This document shows positions 9,420 through 18,372 of a stretch of 64,000 nt of DNA, one piece after another. The translations under genes were made by a program, and so were the position numbers. The DNA is from an uncultured bacterium (GTDB taxonomy: Bacteria > Oederibacteriota > JAAXVQ01 > JAUVAV01). The notes beneath the pieces are model-generated. The model did not search any database and was not told the DNA's origin. It saw only the letters and a program-made list of their open reading frames with translations. The first letter of the stretch is position 1; each line of letters starts with the position of its first letter. The stretch lies in assembly GCA_963710755.1 (NCBI GenBank), contig CAVQBK010000003.1:672001-736000 (forward strand), in the 5' to 3' direction.

Positions 9420-10739
9420 ATGACCATTCCAACATCTTTAACCCTTGCCCAAGAGATGATCAGCAAACTTCGTGAGCAGGGACGGCAAACTTTTATCGTG
9501 GGGGGGTGGCCCAGGGCTTTGATCATGGGTAAACCTTGTCAAGAACTGGATCTGGTCACCGAAGCCTCCCCGAATGAAGTCCTGTCTTTATTTCCCAAAA
9601 GCCGCCTGGTGGGGCGGGTCTTCCCTGTGGTGCTGGCTAAGCTCGAGGGCAGGCAGGTGGAGATTGCCTCCCTGCGCAGCCAGGCACAAAAAGGTATGGA
9701 TGCCTTTAAGGCCGATGTGCTTCAACGGGACTTCACCATCAACAGCCTGCTTTACGATCCCCTGAATAATGAATTAATCGACTTCTCCGACGGTCAGAAG
9801 GATATCGAGCGTCTTTGCCTGCGCTTCAATCCCACGCCGCTCGCACGCATTCAGGAAGATCCTTTACGACTGCTACGGGCCGTACGACTGGCAGGAACGC
9901 TGGGGTTGGAGATAGAGCAGCAGAGTTTGTTGGCCATTCGTCAGCAGGCTGGTTTAATTCAAACTGTGGCCAGTGAACGGGTGCTGGCGGAATTGGACAA
10001 ATGTTGGGCCAGTCCCGGCCGTGCCCAATGCCTGCGCCTGTTGGACCACACCGGTTTGTTGGACATCGTGCTGCCGGAAGTGGCTGCTCTGAAAGGGTTG
10101 GCCCAGCCGGCCGACCATCACCCGGAAGGGGATGGCTGGACCCACACGTGCCTGGTCCTGCGCTATTTACCGACCACAGCTTCGCGAGCTTTGGTCTGGG
10201 CAGCTGTGCTCCATGATATTGGCAAAGCCGCCACGCAAGGGAAAGATCACCCGCTTACTTTTCCTGATCATGAGCAGGCCGGCGCGGTTATGGCGCAGTG
10301 CCTCTTGACGCGGCTGCGTGCGGATCGCCATTTGATTGACCAAGTCAGTGGTATGATCACCCGTCACGGGCAATGGAATCGATGGCAGGACATGAGGACC
10401 GCTGCTTTTATTCGCTGGCTGGCGGAGCCGGCTTTTGCGGAAGAATCGGCACTTTACTATGCGGACAAAATGGCGGGGGATCAGCAACTAATCCATTACC
10501 TGCAGATATTGGAAAAAGCCAGACAGTATCCGGAGCCCGCCCAACTGGTGGCCAGAGCCTTTGGCCTGATCAATGGCCATGATTTGGCCCGTCTTGGTCT
10601 GGAGCCGGGGCCGGCCTACCGATCTCTGCTGGGCACGCTTCACGATGCCATCCTGGAGGAGCGCCTGACTAACCGAGAACAGGCCCTGGCCATGGCCAAG
10701 GACCTAATTACCCAATGGCAAAGCAGCCGTCAATCATGA
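9420..10739 (+). CDS. class II tRNA nucleotidyltransferase (CCA/CC-adding family) with HD domain
   Basis: IVGG, QRDFTIN, EDPLRLLRAVR, SERV, HHPEGD, LHDIGK, GLEPGP. Confidence 0.88.
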   Translation: MTIPTSLTLAQEMISKLREQGRQTFIVGGWPRALIMGKPCQELDLVTEASPNEVLSLFPKSRLVGRVFPVVLAKLEGRQVEIASLRSQAQKGMDAFKADVLQRDFTINSLLYDPLNNELIDFSDGQKDIERLCLRFNPTPLARIQEDPLRLLRAVRLAGTLGLEIEQQSLLAIRQQAGLIQTVASERVLAELDKCWASPGRAQCLRLLDHTGLLDIVLPEVAALKGLAQPADHHPEGDGWTHTCLVLRYLPTTASRALVWAAVLHDIGKAATQGKDHPLTFPDHEQAGAVMAQCLLTRLRADRHLIDQVSGMITRHGQWNRWQDMRTAAFIRWLAEPAFAEESALYYADKMAGDQQLIHYLQILEKARQYPEPAQLVARAFGLINGHDLARLGLEPGPAYRSLLGTLHDAILEERLTNREQALAMAKDLITQWQSSRQS

Positions 10740-10787
10740 CCGCTTCCTTTTGGCGTGATGGTCATTAAATCATGGCCGGCCCTTGCA

Positions 10788-10816
10788 TTGACGGAGCCTG
10801 ATGCCGATGCTATCAT
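10788..10816 (+). promoter_or_regulatory. putative sigma70 promoter
   Basis: TTGACG-17nt-TATCAT with extended -10 TG. Confidence 0.6.
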
Positions 10817-10849
10817 TAAATTATGGTGTCCTGTTGCGTTGAGGGAATT

Positions 10850-12262
10850 ATGAAAAAAGTCATTACCACTTTTTTAATCCTGTTCTGCTGCCTGCCCATG
10901 GGTCTGAGCCATGCTTTGTCGGGCCGGGGCACCACGGCTGCTTCCTTCCTTAAGATCGGGGTGGGGTCGCGGGCCGTGGCTTTGGGCGAGTCCTATGTAT
11001 CCGTGGCCAATGACCCGTCGGCGATTTATTGGAATCCTGCGGGGCTTATGGATCTGGCCAATCCCACGGTCATGGCCATGCATGTTTTTTGGCTGGAAGA
11101 CATTTATTTCGATTATCTGGCCGGGGGAATGCCTCTGCCCGGCGGCGGAGCCCTGGGCGCCTCTCTGGTCTATTTAAATCATGGACAATTACTGCGCGCT
11201 GATGCCGGTGACACGCCTGATGATCCCACCCGCGGGCTGTTTTCAGCCGCTGATTTCGCTTTCAGCGGGGCCTATGCTTACCAGTTTTCCAAAAAAATGA
11301 AATTGGGCGGCACGCTCAAAGTATTCTCCGAAAGCATTGATAGCCAGGCCAGTTTTGGCCTTGCCCTGGATCTGGGGTTTTTATATGAACTGCCCTGGCA
11401 GGCCATTATGTTGGGCGTGATGGTTCAGAATCTGGGACCAGCCACCAAGGTGGAAGCTGAAGCTTTTCGCTTGCCCTTGAATTTTAAAGTCGGGTTGTCT
11501 TATCATCCACTGTCAAACCTGATGGTGACCATGGACTACAATCAGTTGCTGGAGCAGGAAGCCAAGCTGGGCCTGGGTGCGGAATATATTTATGAAGATC
11601 TGCTGGCTTTGCGGGCCGGCTATCAATATCAAGGCCGGATTGACCAAGCTGAACTTTATAGCAATTACGGGACCCCCGGTTTGGCTGGTTTGACCGCAGG
11701 CATCGGTGTCAAGGTCATGGATTTTCAATTGGACTATGCTTATGTCCCCTATGGCTTTTTGGGCACCACGCATCGTCTTACCCTCAGCTATGCCCTCGGC
11801 CAACCACCTGCCACCACACCGTCAAAATTGGTCCCCATGGCCACACCTATTCCCAACCAGGCCCAACGGCAGCAGCAAATGAGAAAAACTATTGCCGACC
11901 TGGAAGACAACATCAATAAAGGAGTTCTTAAAAACATTCGCTTTGAAAGCGGCTTGGCGGTGCTTCTGCCGGAATCACGAGAAACCCTCGACCGCCTGGG
12001 ACAAGAACTGGTAAAATACCCGGATGTAACCGTGGCCATTGAAGGCTATACGGACAATGTGGGTCGGCCCGAGGATAATCAAGTTTTGTCACAGCTGCGG
12101 GTGGAGAGCGTGAAGAGCTATTTGGTGGACCACTTCAAACTCAATCCCAATCAGCTTCCGGCGGTTGGTTACGGTGAGGCCAGTCCTATTGCCAGCAATG
12201 ACACCGCGGCCGGCCGTCAGAAAAACCGGCGGGTGGAATTTAAGGTCATCAGCAAGGAGTAA
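10850..12262 (+). CDS. PorV/PorQ-family beta-barrel fused to an OmpA-like peptidoglycan-binding domain
   Basis: Signal peptide; FLKIGVGSRAVALGE...YWNPAGL; DYAYVPYGFLGTTHR; OmpA motifs IEGYTD, LSQLRV, GYGEASP, NRRVEF. Confidence 0.88.
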   Translation: MKKVITTFLILFCCLPMGLSHALSGRGTTAASFLKIGVGSRAVALGESYVSVANDPSAIYWNPAGLMDLANPTVMAMHVFWLEDIYFDYLAGGMPLPGGGALGASLVYLNHGQLLRADAGDTPDDPTRGLFSAADFAFSGAYAYQFSKKMKLGGTLKVFSESIDSQASFGLALDLGFLYELPWQAIMLGVMVQNLGPATKVEAEAFRLPLNFKVGLSYHPLSNLMVTMDYNQLLEQEAKLGLGAEYIYEDLLALRAGYQYQGRIDQAELYSNYGTPGLAGLTAGIGVKVMDFQLDYAYVPYGFLGTTHRLTLSYALGQPPATTPSKLVPMATPIPNQAQRQQQMRKTIADLEDNINKGVLKNIRFESGLAVLLPESRETLDRLGQELVKYPDVTVAIEGYTDNVGRPEDNQVLSQLRVESVKSYLVDHFKLNPNQLPAVGYGEASPIASNDTAAGRQKNRRVEFKVISKE

Positions 12263-12280
12263 TCCTTGCTGGGCTAATGC

Positions 12281-12309
12281 TTGACAGCTACCAAAGGCAG
12301 TTCTATAAT
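12281..12309 (+). promoter_or_regulatory. consensus sigma70 promoter of pfkA
   Basis: Perfect TTGACA-17nt-TATAAT. Confidence 0.85.
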
Positions 12310-12391
12310 TTTTCCATCCTGTTGTGAATTTCTTTAAACCAACGCCTTTTTTCTGCGCACCTATCCAGCTTTAAGATCAAGGAGGATAACC

Positions 12392-13363
12392 ATGAAGTCC
12401 GTTAAACATATTGGCGTGTTAACTTCAGGCGGTGACGCGCCGGGTATGAACGCCGTCATTCGCTCGGTAGTACGTTCGGCCCTGGATCGCAGGCTGCGTG
12501 TGACCGGCATTCAGCGTGGTTACTGGGGACTGCTGGAAGCCGATTTTATTCCCATGGATTCACGCAGTGTGGGAGGCATCATCAGCAGTGGCGGTACCAT
12601 GCTGCGCACGGTGCGCTGTCCGGAGTTTAAGGAAAAAAGCAACCGTTTGCAAGCCTATGCCCATATGCAGCAAGCCGGGTTGGACGGTTTGGTGGTGATC
12701 GGCGGTAACGGCAGCGCCGCCGCTGCCTATACGATTCATAAGGAGTTGAAAATCCCCACAGCCGTGATTCCTGTATCCATTGACAATGATGTTTACGGCA
12801 GTGATGACACGGTGGGGTTTGATACGTCGGTGAATACTGCCGTACAGGCCATCGATAAAATACGAGACACCGCCACTTCCCACGAACGGGTGTTTGTGGT
12901 GGAAGTTATGGGCCGCAACAACGGTTTCATTGCCTTGCAAACCGCGCTGTGTTCGGGCGCGGAAGCTGTGTTGGTGCCTGAATTTAAATTTGATCTTAAT
13001 AAAATCATCAAAGGCTTAGTCGCCGGCCATAAACGGGGCAAGGTGTCTTCAATCATCGTGATGGCCGAGGGTGCCGGTGATTGCGATGAAGTGGTGGCGG
13101 TTATTAAAAAGCAGACCGGCCTCAAGGTGCGCTTATCCGTGCTGGGTTATATCCAACGGGGCGGCAACCCCACGGCCCACAGCCGGGTTCTGGCCGCACA
13201 ATTGGGTCGATTTGCCATAAAAAATATTAAAGGTGACTATCAAGCTCATCTGGCGGGCATTCAGAACGGACGCTTAAAAGCCGTACCCCTAAAAGATGTG
13301 TTTGTTAAAAAGAAAAGACTTCCCCGGGATCTCTATGATCTGGTTTATCAATTGGCCCAATAA
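12392..13363 (+). CDS. pfkA: 6-phosphofructokinase
   Basis: TSGGDAPGMN, GGNGS, SIDND, VEVMGR, LGYIQRGG. Confidence 0.97.
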   Translation: MKSVKHIGVLTSGGDAPGMNAVIRSVVRSALDRRLRVTGIQRGYWGLLEADFIPMDSRSVGGIISSGGTMLRTVRCPEFKEKSNRLQAYAHMQQAGLDGLVVIGGNGSAAAAYTIHKELKIPTAVIPVSIDNDVYGSDDTVGFDTSVNTAVQAIDKIRDTATSHERVFVVEVMGRNNGFIALQTALCSGAEAVLVPEFKFDLNKIIKGLVAGHKRGKVSSIIVMAEGAGDCDEVVAVIKKQTGLKVRLSVLGYIQRGGNPTAHSRVLAAQLGRFAIKNIKGDYQAHLAGIQNGRLKAVPLKDVFVKKKRLPRDLYDLVYQLAQ

Positions 13364-13417
13364 AGAAGCCTTGGCTGTGAGGCTGCTGCCAAATGATCTT
13401 ACTCCGGCCGCAGTAAC

Positions 13418-14305
13418 ATGTTGACCGTTGTATCAGCTTCCCGGCGCACCGATCTGGTGCGCTGTTATCCCCGCCTGTTGGCGCAATGGCTGGCTCAAGG
13501 CGAGGTGGTCATTAAAAATCCTTACAACCAGCAGGAGCGCAAGGTTGACCTCCGTCCTGAGCGGGTGCATACCTTGGTGCTCTGGTCCAAAGATTTTTCG
13601 CCTTTGCTCGCAAATCATTTCCACCTCAAAGACCTGGTACAGCGTTATCAGCAGTGCTATTTTCATTTCACTATTACCGGGTTGGGGCAGACTGTTTGGG
13701 AACCCGGCGTTATTGCCTCGGACCGGGCCGCCGCACAATTGGAACCATTGTTGGCCCTGGCCGGTGATCCCCGCCGGATCATGTGGCGCTTTGATCCGAT
13801 TTTGTTTTGGAAACAAGACCGCAGGGTTGTCAGCAATTTGGCCGGGTTTAATGGTCTGGCGAAGGTGGTCCGGCAGAAAGGCTTAAGCCAAGTGATGGTA
13901 TCCTTATGCCATTGGTACCAAAAAGCCATACGCCGCACCCAGGCCGCCAACCTCACCTGGATTAAGCCCAAGGGTCAGGACATTCAACGCATTGGCCGAT
14001 GGCTGCGGACGCAGGCGCATGCCCGGGAATTACAAGTTTTGGCCTGCTCCCATCCCGGGCTATTGGTCGCCGGCCTTTTAAAAGGCCGTTGCATCAACGG
14101 TAGCCTGCTAGCCAGCCTGCATCCTCAAGGCCTGGCTGCCAGCCGGGCCAAAGCTGCCGGCCAGCGTAAGGATTGCGGATGCACTCATTCCATTGATATC
14201 GGTTCTTATGACTTGGCTTGCCCTCATGGCTGTGTGTATTGTTATGCCAATGCTAAGCACGACCATGTTCAAGAGCAACCCAAGGCCATGAACGCATGGG
14301 GCTGA
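13418..14305 (+). CDS. DUF1848 family protein
   Basis: SASRRTD N-terminus, WRFDPI, CGC-S-DIG-Y..CPHGCVYCYA. Confidence 0.9.
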   Translation: MLTVVSASRRTDLVRCYPRLLAQWLAQGEVVIKNPYNQQERKVDLRPERVHTLVLWSKDFSPLLANHFHLKDLVQRYQQCYFHFTITGLGQTVWEPGVIASDRAAAQLEPLLALAGDPRRIMWRFDPILFWKQDRRVVSNLAGFNGLAKVVRQKGLSQVMVSLCHWYQKAIRRTQAANLTWIKPKGQDIQRIGRWLRTQAHARELQVLACSHPGLLVAGLLKGRCINGSLLASLHPQGLAASRAKAAGQRKDCGCTHSIDIGSYDLACPHGCVYCYANAKHDHVQEQPKAMNAWG

Positions 14306-14369
14306 CCGTGCCGACGGGACATGGTCAGCGGAACTTGTTTTAATATCCATCCGGGAAAGGTGAGCGCAT

Positions 14370-15410
14370 ATGCCAAGAAAACCATTAGTAGCTGTTTCCA
14401 TGGGTGATCCCGCAGGGATTGGACCGGAGATCATCATTAAAGCCTGCACGGACAAAAAGCTACGCCAAGTCCTGGACCCGCTTATTATCGGCGATTACCG
14501 GGTATTGCAGCGTGCGGCCCAACGACTAAATTCAACCATCACGCTGGTCTCAACAGCCACAATTCCTGAACAACCGATCAGGACTAAGTTGTTGCCGGTA
14601 CTGCAACTGGGTGGAGAAGAAAAGCCGGTGACCCCCGGGAAATGGTCGGTTTATACGGGCCGGCGTTCCTATCAGGCCGTGCACCTGGCGATCGCTTTGG
14701 CCCTCGAAAAGAACGTGGACGCCATGGTCACGGCGCCTATCTGCAAGCAGGCTTGGCAGGCTGCAGGCGTAAGGTTTCCAGGGCATACGGAATTGTTGGC
14801 CCAGGCCTGCGGGGTGAAAGATTATGCCATGATGTTTGTGGGCGGTCCTTTCCGGCTAATCCTGGCCACCATCCATGAACCTCTGGCCAAGGTTCCGGCA
14901 CTGTTGTCGCAGGCGTTGATTAAGAAAATGATTTTGCTCGGCAGCCAGGAATTAAAAAGCCGTTTTGCCATAAAAAAACCAAAGATCGCCGTGGCAGGAT
15001 TAAATCCCCATGCCGGGGAAGGAGGGGTGTTCGGCAAGGAGGAACAGCGCCTGCTGATACCGGCGATCAACCATTTCCGTAGCAGCCGCGCCATGACCGT
15101 GACCGGTCCTTATCCACCGGACACCTTGTTTGTGGAAGCCAGCACCGGAGCTTATGATCTGGTGCTGTGCCTGTATCATGACCAGGGGTTGATACCCTTT
15201 AAAATGCTGGCTCTGCACAGTGGGGTGAACGTGACGGCCGGGCTGCCCATCATCCGCACCTCACCTGATCACGGCACGGCCTTTGCCATTGCCGGCAAGG
15301 ATCAAGCCCATCCGGGGTCCATGATCGCGGCGCTCGAAACCGCGGCGGCCATGGCCGGCATGGCCGTCAAGCGTCAGCTGACCAGACCTAGGCTGGTTAA
15401 AACCCGATAA
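14370..15410 (+). CDS. pdxA: 4-hydroxythreonine-4-phosphate dehydrogenase
   Basis: MGDPAGIGPE, GHTE, LNPHAGE, YHDQGLIP, RTSPDHGTA. Confidence 0.96.
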   Translation: MPRKPLVAVSMGDPAGIGPEIIIKACTDKKLRQVLDPLIIGDYRVLQRAAQRLNSTITLVSTATIPEQPIRTKLLPVLQLGGEEKPVTPGKWSVYTGRRSYQAVHLAIALALEKNVDAMVTAPICKQAWQAAGVRFPGHTELLAQACGVKDYAMMFVGGPFRLILATIHEPLAKVPALLSQALIKKMILLGSQELKSRFAIKKPKIAVAGLNPHAGEGGVFGKEEQRLLIPAINHFRSSRAMTVTGPYPPDTLFVEASTGAYDLVLCLYHDQGLIPFKMLALHSGVNVTAGLPIIRTSPDHGTAFAIAGKDQAHPGSMIAALETAAAMAGMAVKRQLTRPRLVKTR

Positions 15411-17205
15411 TACTATTGATGTCCGTCCAGGTGTAATTGGTTTCCAGTAAAAGCACCGTCTGGATCAGGGCCAGATGGGAATAGCCTTGGGGGAAATTGC
15501 CTATCAGTCTTTTACTTTTGATCTCTACATCTTCCGCCAATAAACCATGAAGATTGGCACAACTGAGAATATTGTCAAACATGGCGCGGGCTTTGTCCTT
15601 TTCGCCGACCAGATACAGGGCATTAATCATCCAGAAGGTACAGACGATAAAGGCATTTTCAGGTGTGCCGAAATCATCTTCATCCACGTAGCGCAAGGTC
15701 AGATTATCGCGCACCAGCTCCCGGTAACAGGCATGAACCGTGCTCACCATGCGCGGATCTTGTTTGTCCAAAAAACCATAGTGAAGCATCAGGAGATTGG
15801 CCGCGTCCATATGCTCCGATCCGTAAAAAGCGGTGAACGCCTGCTTATGGTCGTTCCAGCCCTCCGTTAGAATGTCGTTTTTAATCTCTCTGGCCAAACG
15901 AAAACATTCCACGGCATAGCGGCTGTTGCCAATCAGATTAGCTATGCGGGCGGCACGATCCATGGCTACCCAGTTCATAAGTTTGGAATGCACATAATGC
16001 TGCTTGCTGCCCCGTCGTTCCCAAATGCCTGCATCGGGGTCTTGCCATATGGACTTGACTTTGTTGACCAAACTGCGCACCACCGTCCAGATCTCTTCCG
16101 TTAAAAAAGATTCGGGCCTGGGATTGAGGGAGAGGTAGGAATAAATAGTCTCGATCAATTCTCCGTAAAGATCATTCTGCTGCTGCAAATACGCGGCATT
16201 GCCGATGCGCACGGGCCGTGAACCGGCATAGCCCGCCAAATGATCCAGGCTGCGCTCATCCAGCGTTTTCTCGCCGTTGATCCCGTACATGACGGTCACA
16301 TGCTCATGCTTAAGCAGCATGCGGTTGAGCACAAAGGTTAAAAAACCGTTGGCTGACTTGCTGTGCCCCAAACGGGCATAGAGGTCAATGATCATGGCCG
16401 CATCCCGGATCCAGCAATAACGATAATCCCAATTGCGTTCCCCGCCGATGATTTCAGGCAGGCTGGTGGTGGGGGCGGCGACAACTGCACCGCTGCGCTG
16501 AAACATGAGCAGCTTGAGGGTGATGATGGAGCGAATAACCAGATCACGGTATGCTTTAGGAAATTTGGTTTTGTGGACCCAACCCAGCCAATAACTTTTG
16601 GTTTTTTCATATTCCACATAGATGCGTTCGGCATCCATGGGTGTCAATTTTTCATGGTAGGAGAGGACCACATAAGATGTCTCGCAGGTCAGCTCCAGGG
16701 GTTGTTGCTGAATAAGGCGTTCAAAATCCAGATTACTGTAAACATAAAAACTGTTGTATTGGCCCTGGCGGGAGGTTAATTTCATGTAACCGGGAAACAG
16801 GCGGGCTTCAGCCGGGCTCAAGGCGTAATTGGGACAGGCTAAAAGTTCCACTGTGATTTTGGGTTTGCCGGAGATAACGCGAATGTCACGGTGAATTTCG
16901 GAGGGGCAGTAATATTGACCGCTCTCGGTTTTGAAACGGGGCATATAATCCATGACGTCGAAGGCACCGTCCGGGGTATGATAAGTGGTTTTCAGGATGG
17001 CCGTATTGGGCACATAGCGCTGGGTGACGGAGGTGGCGCCCACGCCGTTGATTTTAAAGTAACCGCCCTGGTGCTCATCCAGCAATTTGGCAAAGAGGGA
17101 AGGGGAATCAAAAAAGGGCAGGCACAACCAATCAATGCTGCCGTCCTTGGACACCAGCGCTGCACTGGTGCAATTACCGATCAGACCATAATCATAATTG
17201 TTCAT
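15397..17205 (-). CDS. glycoside hydrolase family 15 (glucoamylase/trehalase-like)
   Basis: IGNCTSAAL, AAPTTSLPE..RNWDYRYCWIRD, GIWE, GNFPQGYSH. Confidence 0.94.
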   Translation of the reverse strand: MNNYDYGLIGNCTSAALVSKDGSIDWLCLPFFDSPSLFAKLLDEHQGGYFKINGVGATSVTQRYVPNTAILKTTYHTPDGAFDVMDYMPRFKTESGQYYCPSEIHRDIRVISGKPKITVELLACPNYALSPAEARLFPGYMKLTSRQGQYNSFYVYSNLDFERLIQQQPLELTCETSYVVLSYHEKLTPMDAERIYVEYEKTKSYWLGWVHKTKFPKAYRDLVIRSIITLKLLMFQRSGAVVAAPTTSLPEIIGGERNWDYRYCWIRDAAMIIDLYARLGHSKSANGFLTFVLNRMLLKHEHVTVMYGINGEKTLDERSLDHLAGYAGSRPVRIGNAAYLQQQNDLYGELIETIYSYLSLNPRPESFLTEEIWTVVRSLVNKVKSIWQDPDAGIWERRGSKQHYVHSKLMNWVAMDRAARIANLIGNSRYAVECFRLAREIKNDILTEGWNDHKQAFTAFYGSEHMDAANLLMLHYGFLDKQDPRMVSTVHACYRELVRDNLTLRYVDEDDFGTPENAFIVCTFWMINALYLVGEKDKARAMFDNILSCANLHGLLAEDVEIKSKRLIGNFPQGYSHLALIQTVLLLETNYTWTDINSIIGF

Positions 17206-17235
17206 TGAGGGCATCCTTTGCAAAGAAATGCTATT

Positions 17236-17357
17236 TAATTCCGGCTGCGGAAAGAGGTGTTTTCGAGCTTAGCCAAATAGTCCTCTCCTCTTGGGAGCTA
17301 CCCTTACCGCGAGCACCCTGCGGGATAGGAAAATGGTCCTTTCCGCAACAGGAATTA
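17236..17357. repeat. 122-bp element bounded by 19-bp imperfect inverted repeats
   Basis: TAATTCCGGCTGCGGAAAG (17236-17254) versus CTTTCCGCAACAGGAATTA (17339-17357), 2 mismatches. Confidence 0.6.
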
Positions 17358-17520
17358 TTTATATACCATTTCTTAGGGTCGAATACAAAGACTATCACTG
17401 TCCCGGAAAAATCACAGCCTTGCCCTAGTGGTGCGGATCGCTATGGCTAAAGCCTGCAAAGTATGTTATGAATACTAATCAGTTTAACCCCAACAAAACG
17501 AGGAGCAAAAGGCAAGCATC

Positions 17521-18330
17521 ATGGCCAAGCCGCGCTTAGGACAACATTTCTTAAAGGATCAATCTTATCTTGCCAAAATCCTCAAAGCCGCCGATGTGGG
17601 ACCGGAAGATGCGGTGATTGAAGTCGGACCGGGGAAGGGCATTTTGACCAAGGCTCTATGCCGTCAAGCCGGGCTGGTACTGGCCCTGGAACTGGATGAA
17701 CGTCTGGCCGATGGGTTGCATGAACGCTTGGGCCATCTGGATAATCTGGAAATCAGAAAAACGGACGCCCGGTTTGTGGACTGGAATCAGCTGGGTCTGG
17801 AATTAAACGATCGCGGCTATAAGCAGCTTAAACTTGTTTCCAACCTGCCTTATTACCTGGCCACCCAAATGGTGATCCATGCCCTGGCCGCTGAGCACGG
17901 GGTCAGCCGTTTGGTCGTCATGATCCAGGAAGAAGTGGGCCGGCGTATGGTTGCCGAGGCCGGACACAAGGATTACGGCGCCTATTCAGTTGCCATACGC
18001 TATTATGCCGAGGCCCGTTATATTTGCACGGTTCCGTCCAAAGCTTTCAATCCGCCGCCCAAAGTTTCTTCGGCAGTGGTGTGTCTGGATAAACGGCCGT
18101 CACCAGCACTACATCTTGATAATGAGGAAGGCTTCTTTTACCTGGTTCATGCCATGTTCAATCACCGCCGCAAGACCCTGCGCAAATGTCTGACTGGTGC
18201 CAAGGGTGTACCCGAGCAAGGGGCCTGGGACAAAATCATCAATCAGGCCAAGCTTGATCCCACACAGCGGCCTGAGACCTTGAGCATGGAAGACTTGGGA
18301 CGACTTTATCAGGAAACCATCAGCCTGTGA
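17521..18330 (+). CDS. rsmA: 16S rRNA adenine dimethyltransferase KsgA
   Basis: LGQHFL, EVGPGKG, SNLPY, FNPPPKVSS, RRKTL. Confidence 0.97.
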   Translation: MAKPRLGQHFLKDQSYLAKILKAADVGPEDAVIEVGPGKGILTKALCRQAGLVLALELDERLADGLHERLGHLDNLEIRKTDARFVDWNQLGLELNDRGYKQLKLVSNLPYYLATQMVIHALAAEHGVSRLVVMIQEEVGRRMVAEAGHKDYGAYSVAIRYYAEARYICTVPSKAFNPPPKVSSAVVCLDKRPSPALHLDNEEGFFYLVHAMFNHRRKTLRKCLTGAKGVPEQGAWDKIINQAKLDPTQRPETLSMEDLGRLYQETISL

Positions 18331-18372
18331 ATACAGGCAGGGGTTGATATAGATCATCATCAGGAGGACTGC

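Noticed and set aside
12322-12339. Rex-like TTGTGAA half-site after the pfkA promoter (also near 9301, 40218, 40577)
   Set aside because: The second half-site is poor in every case
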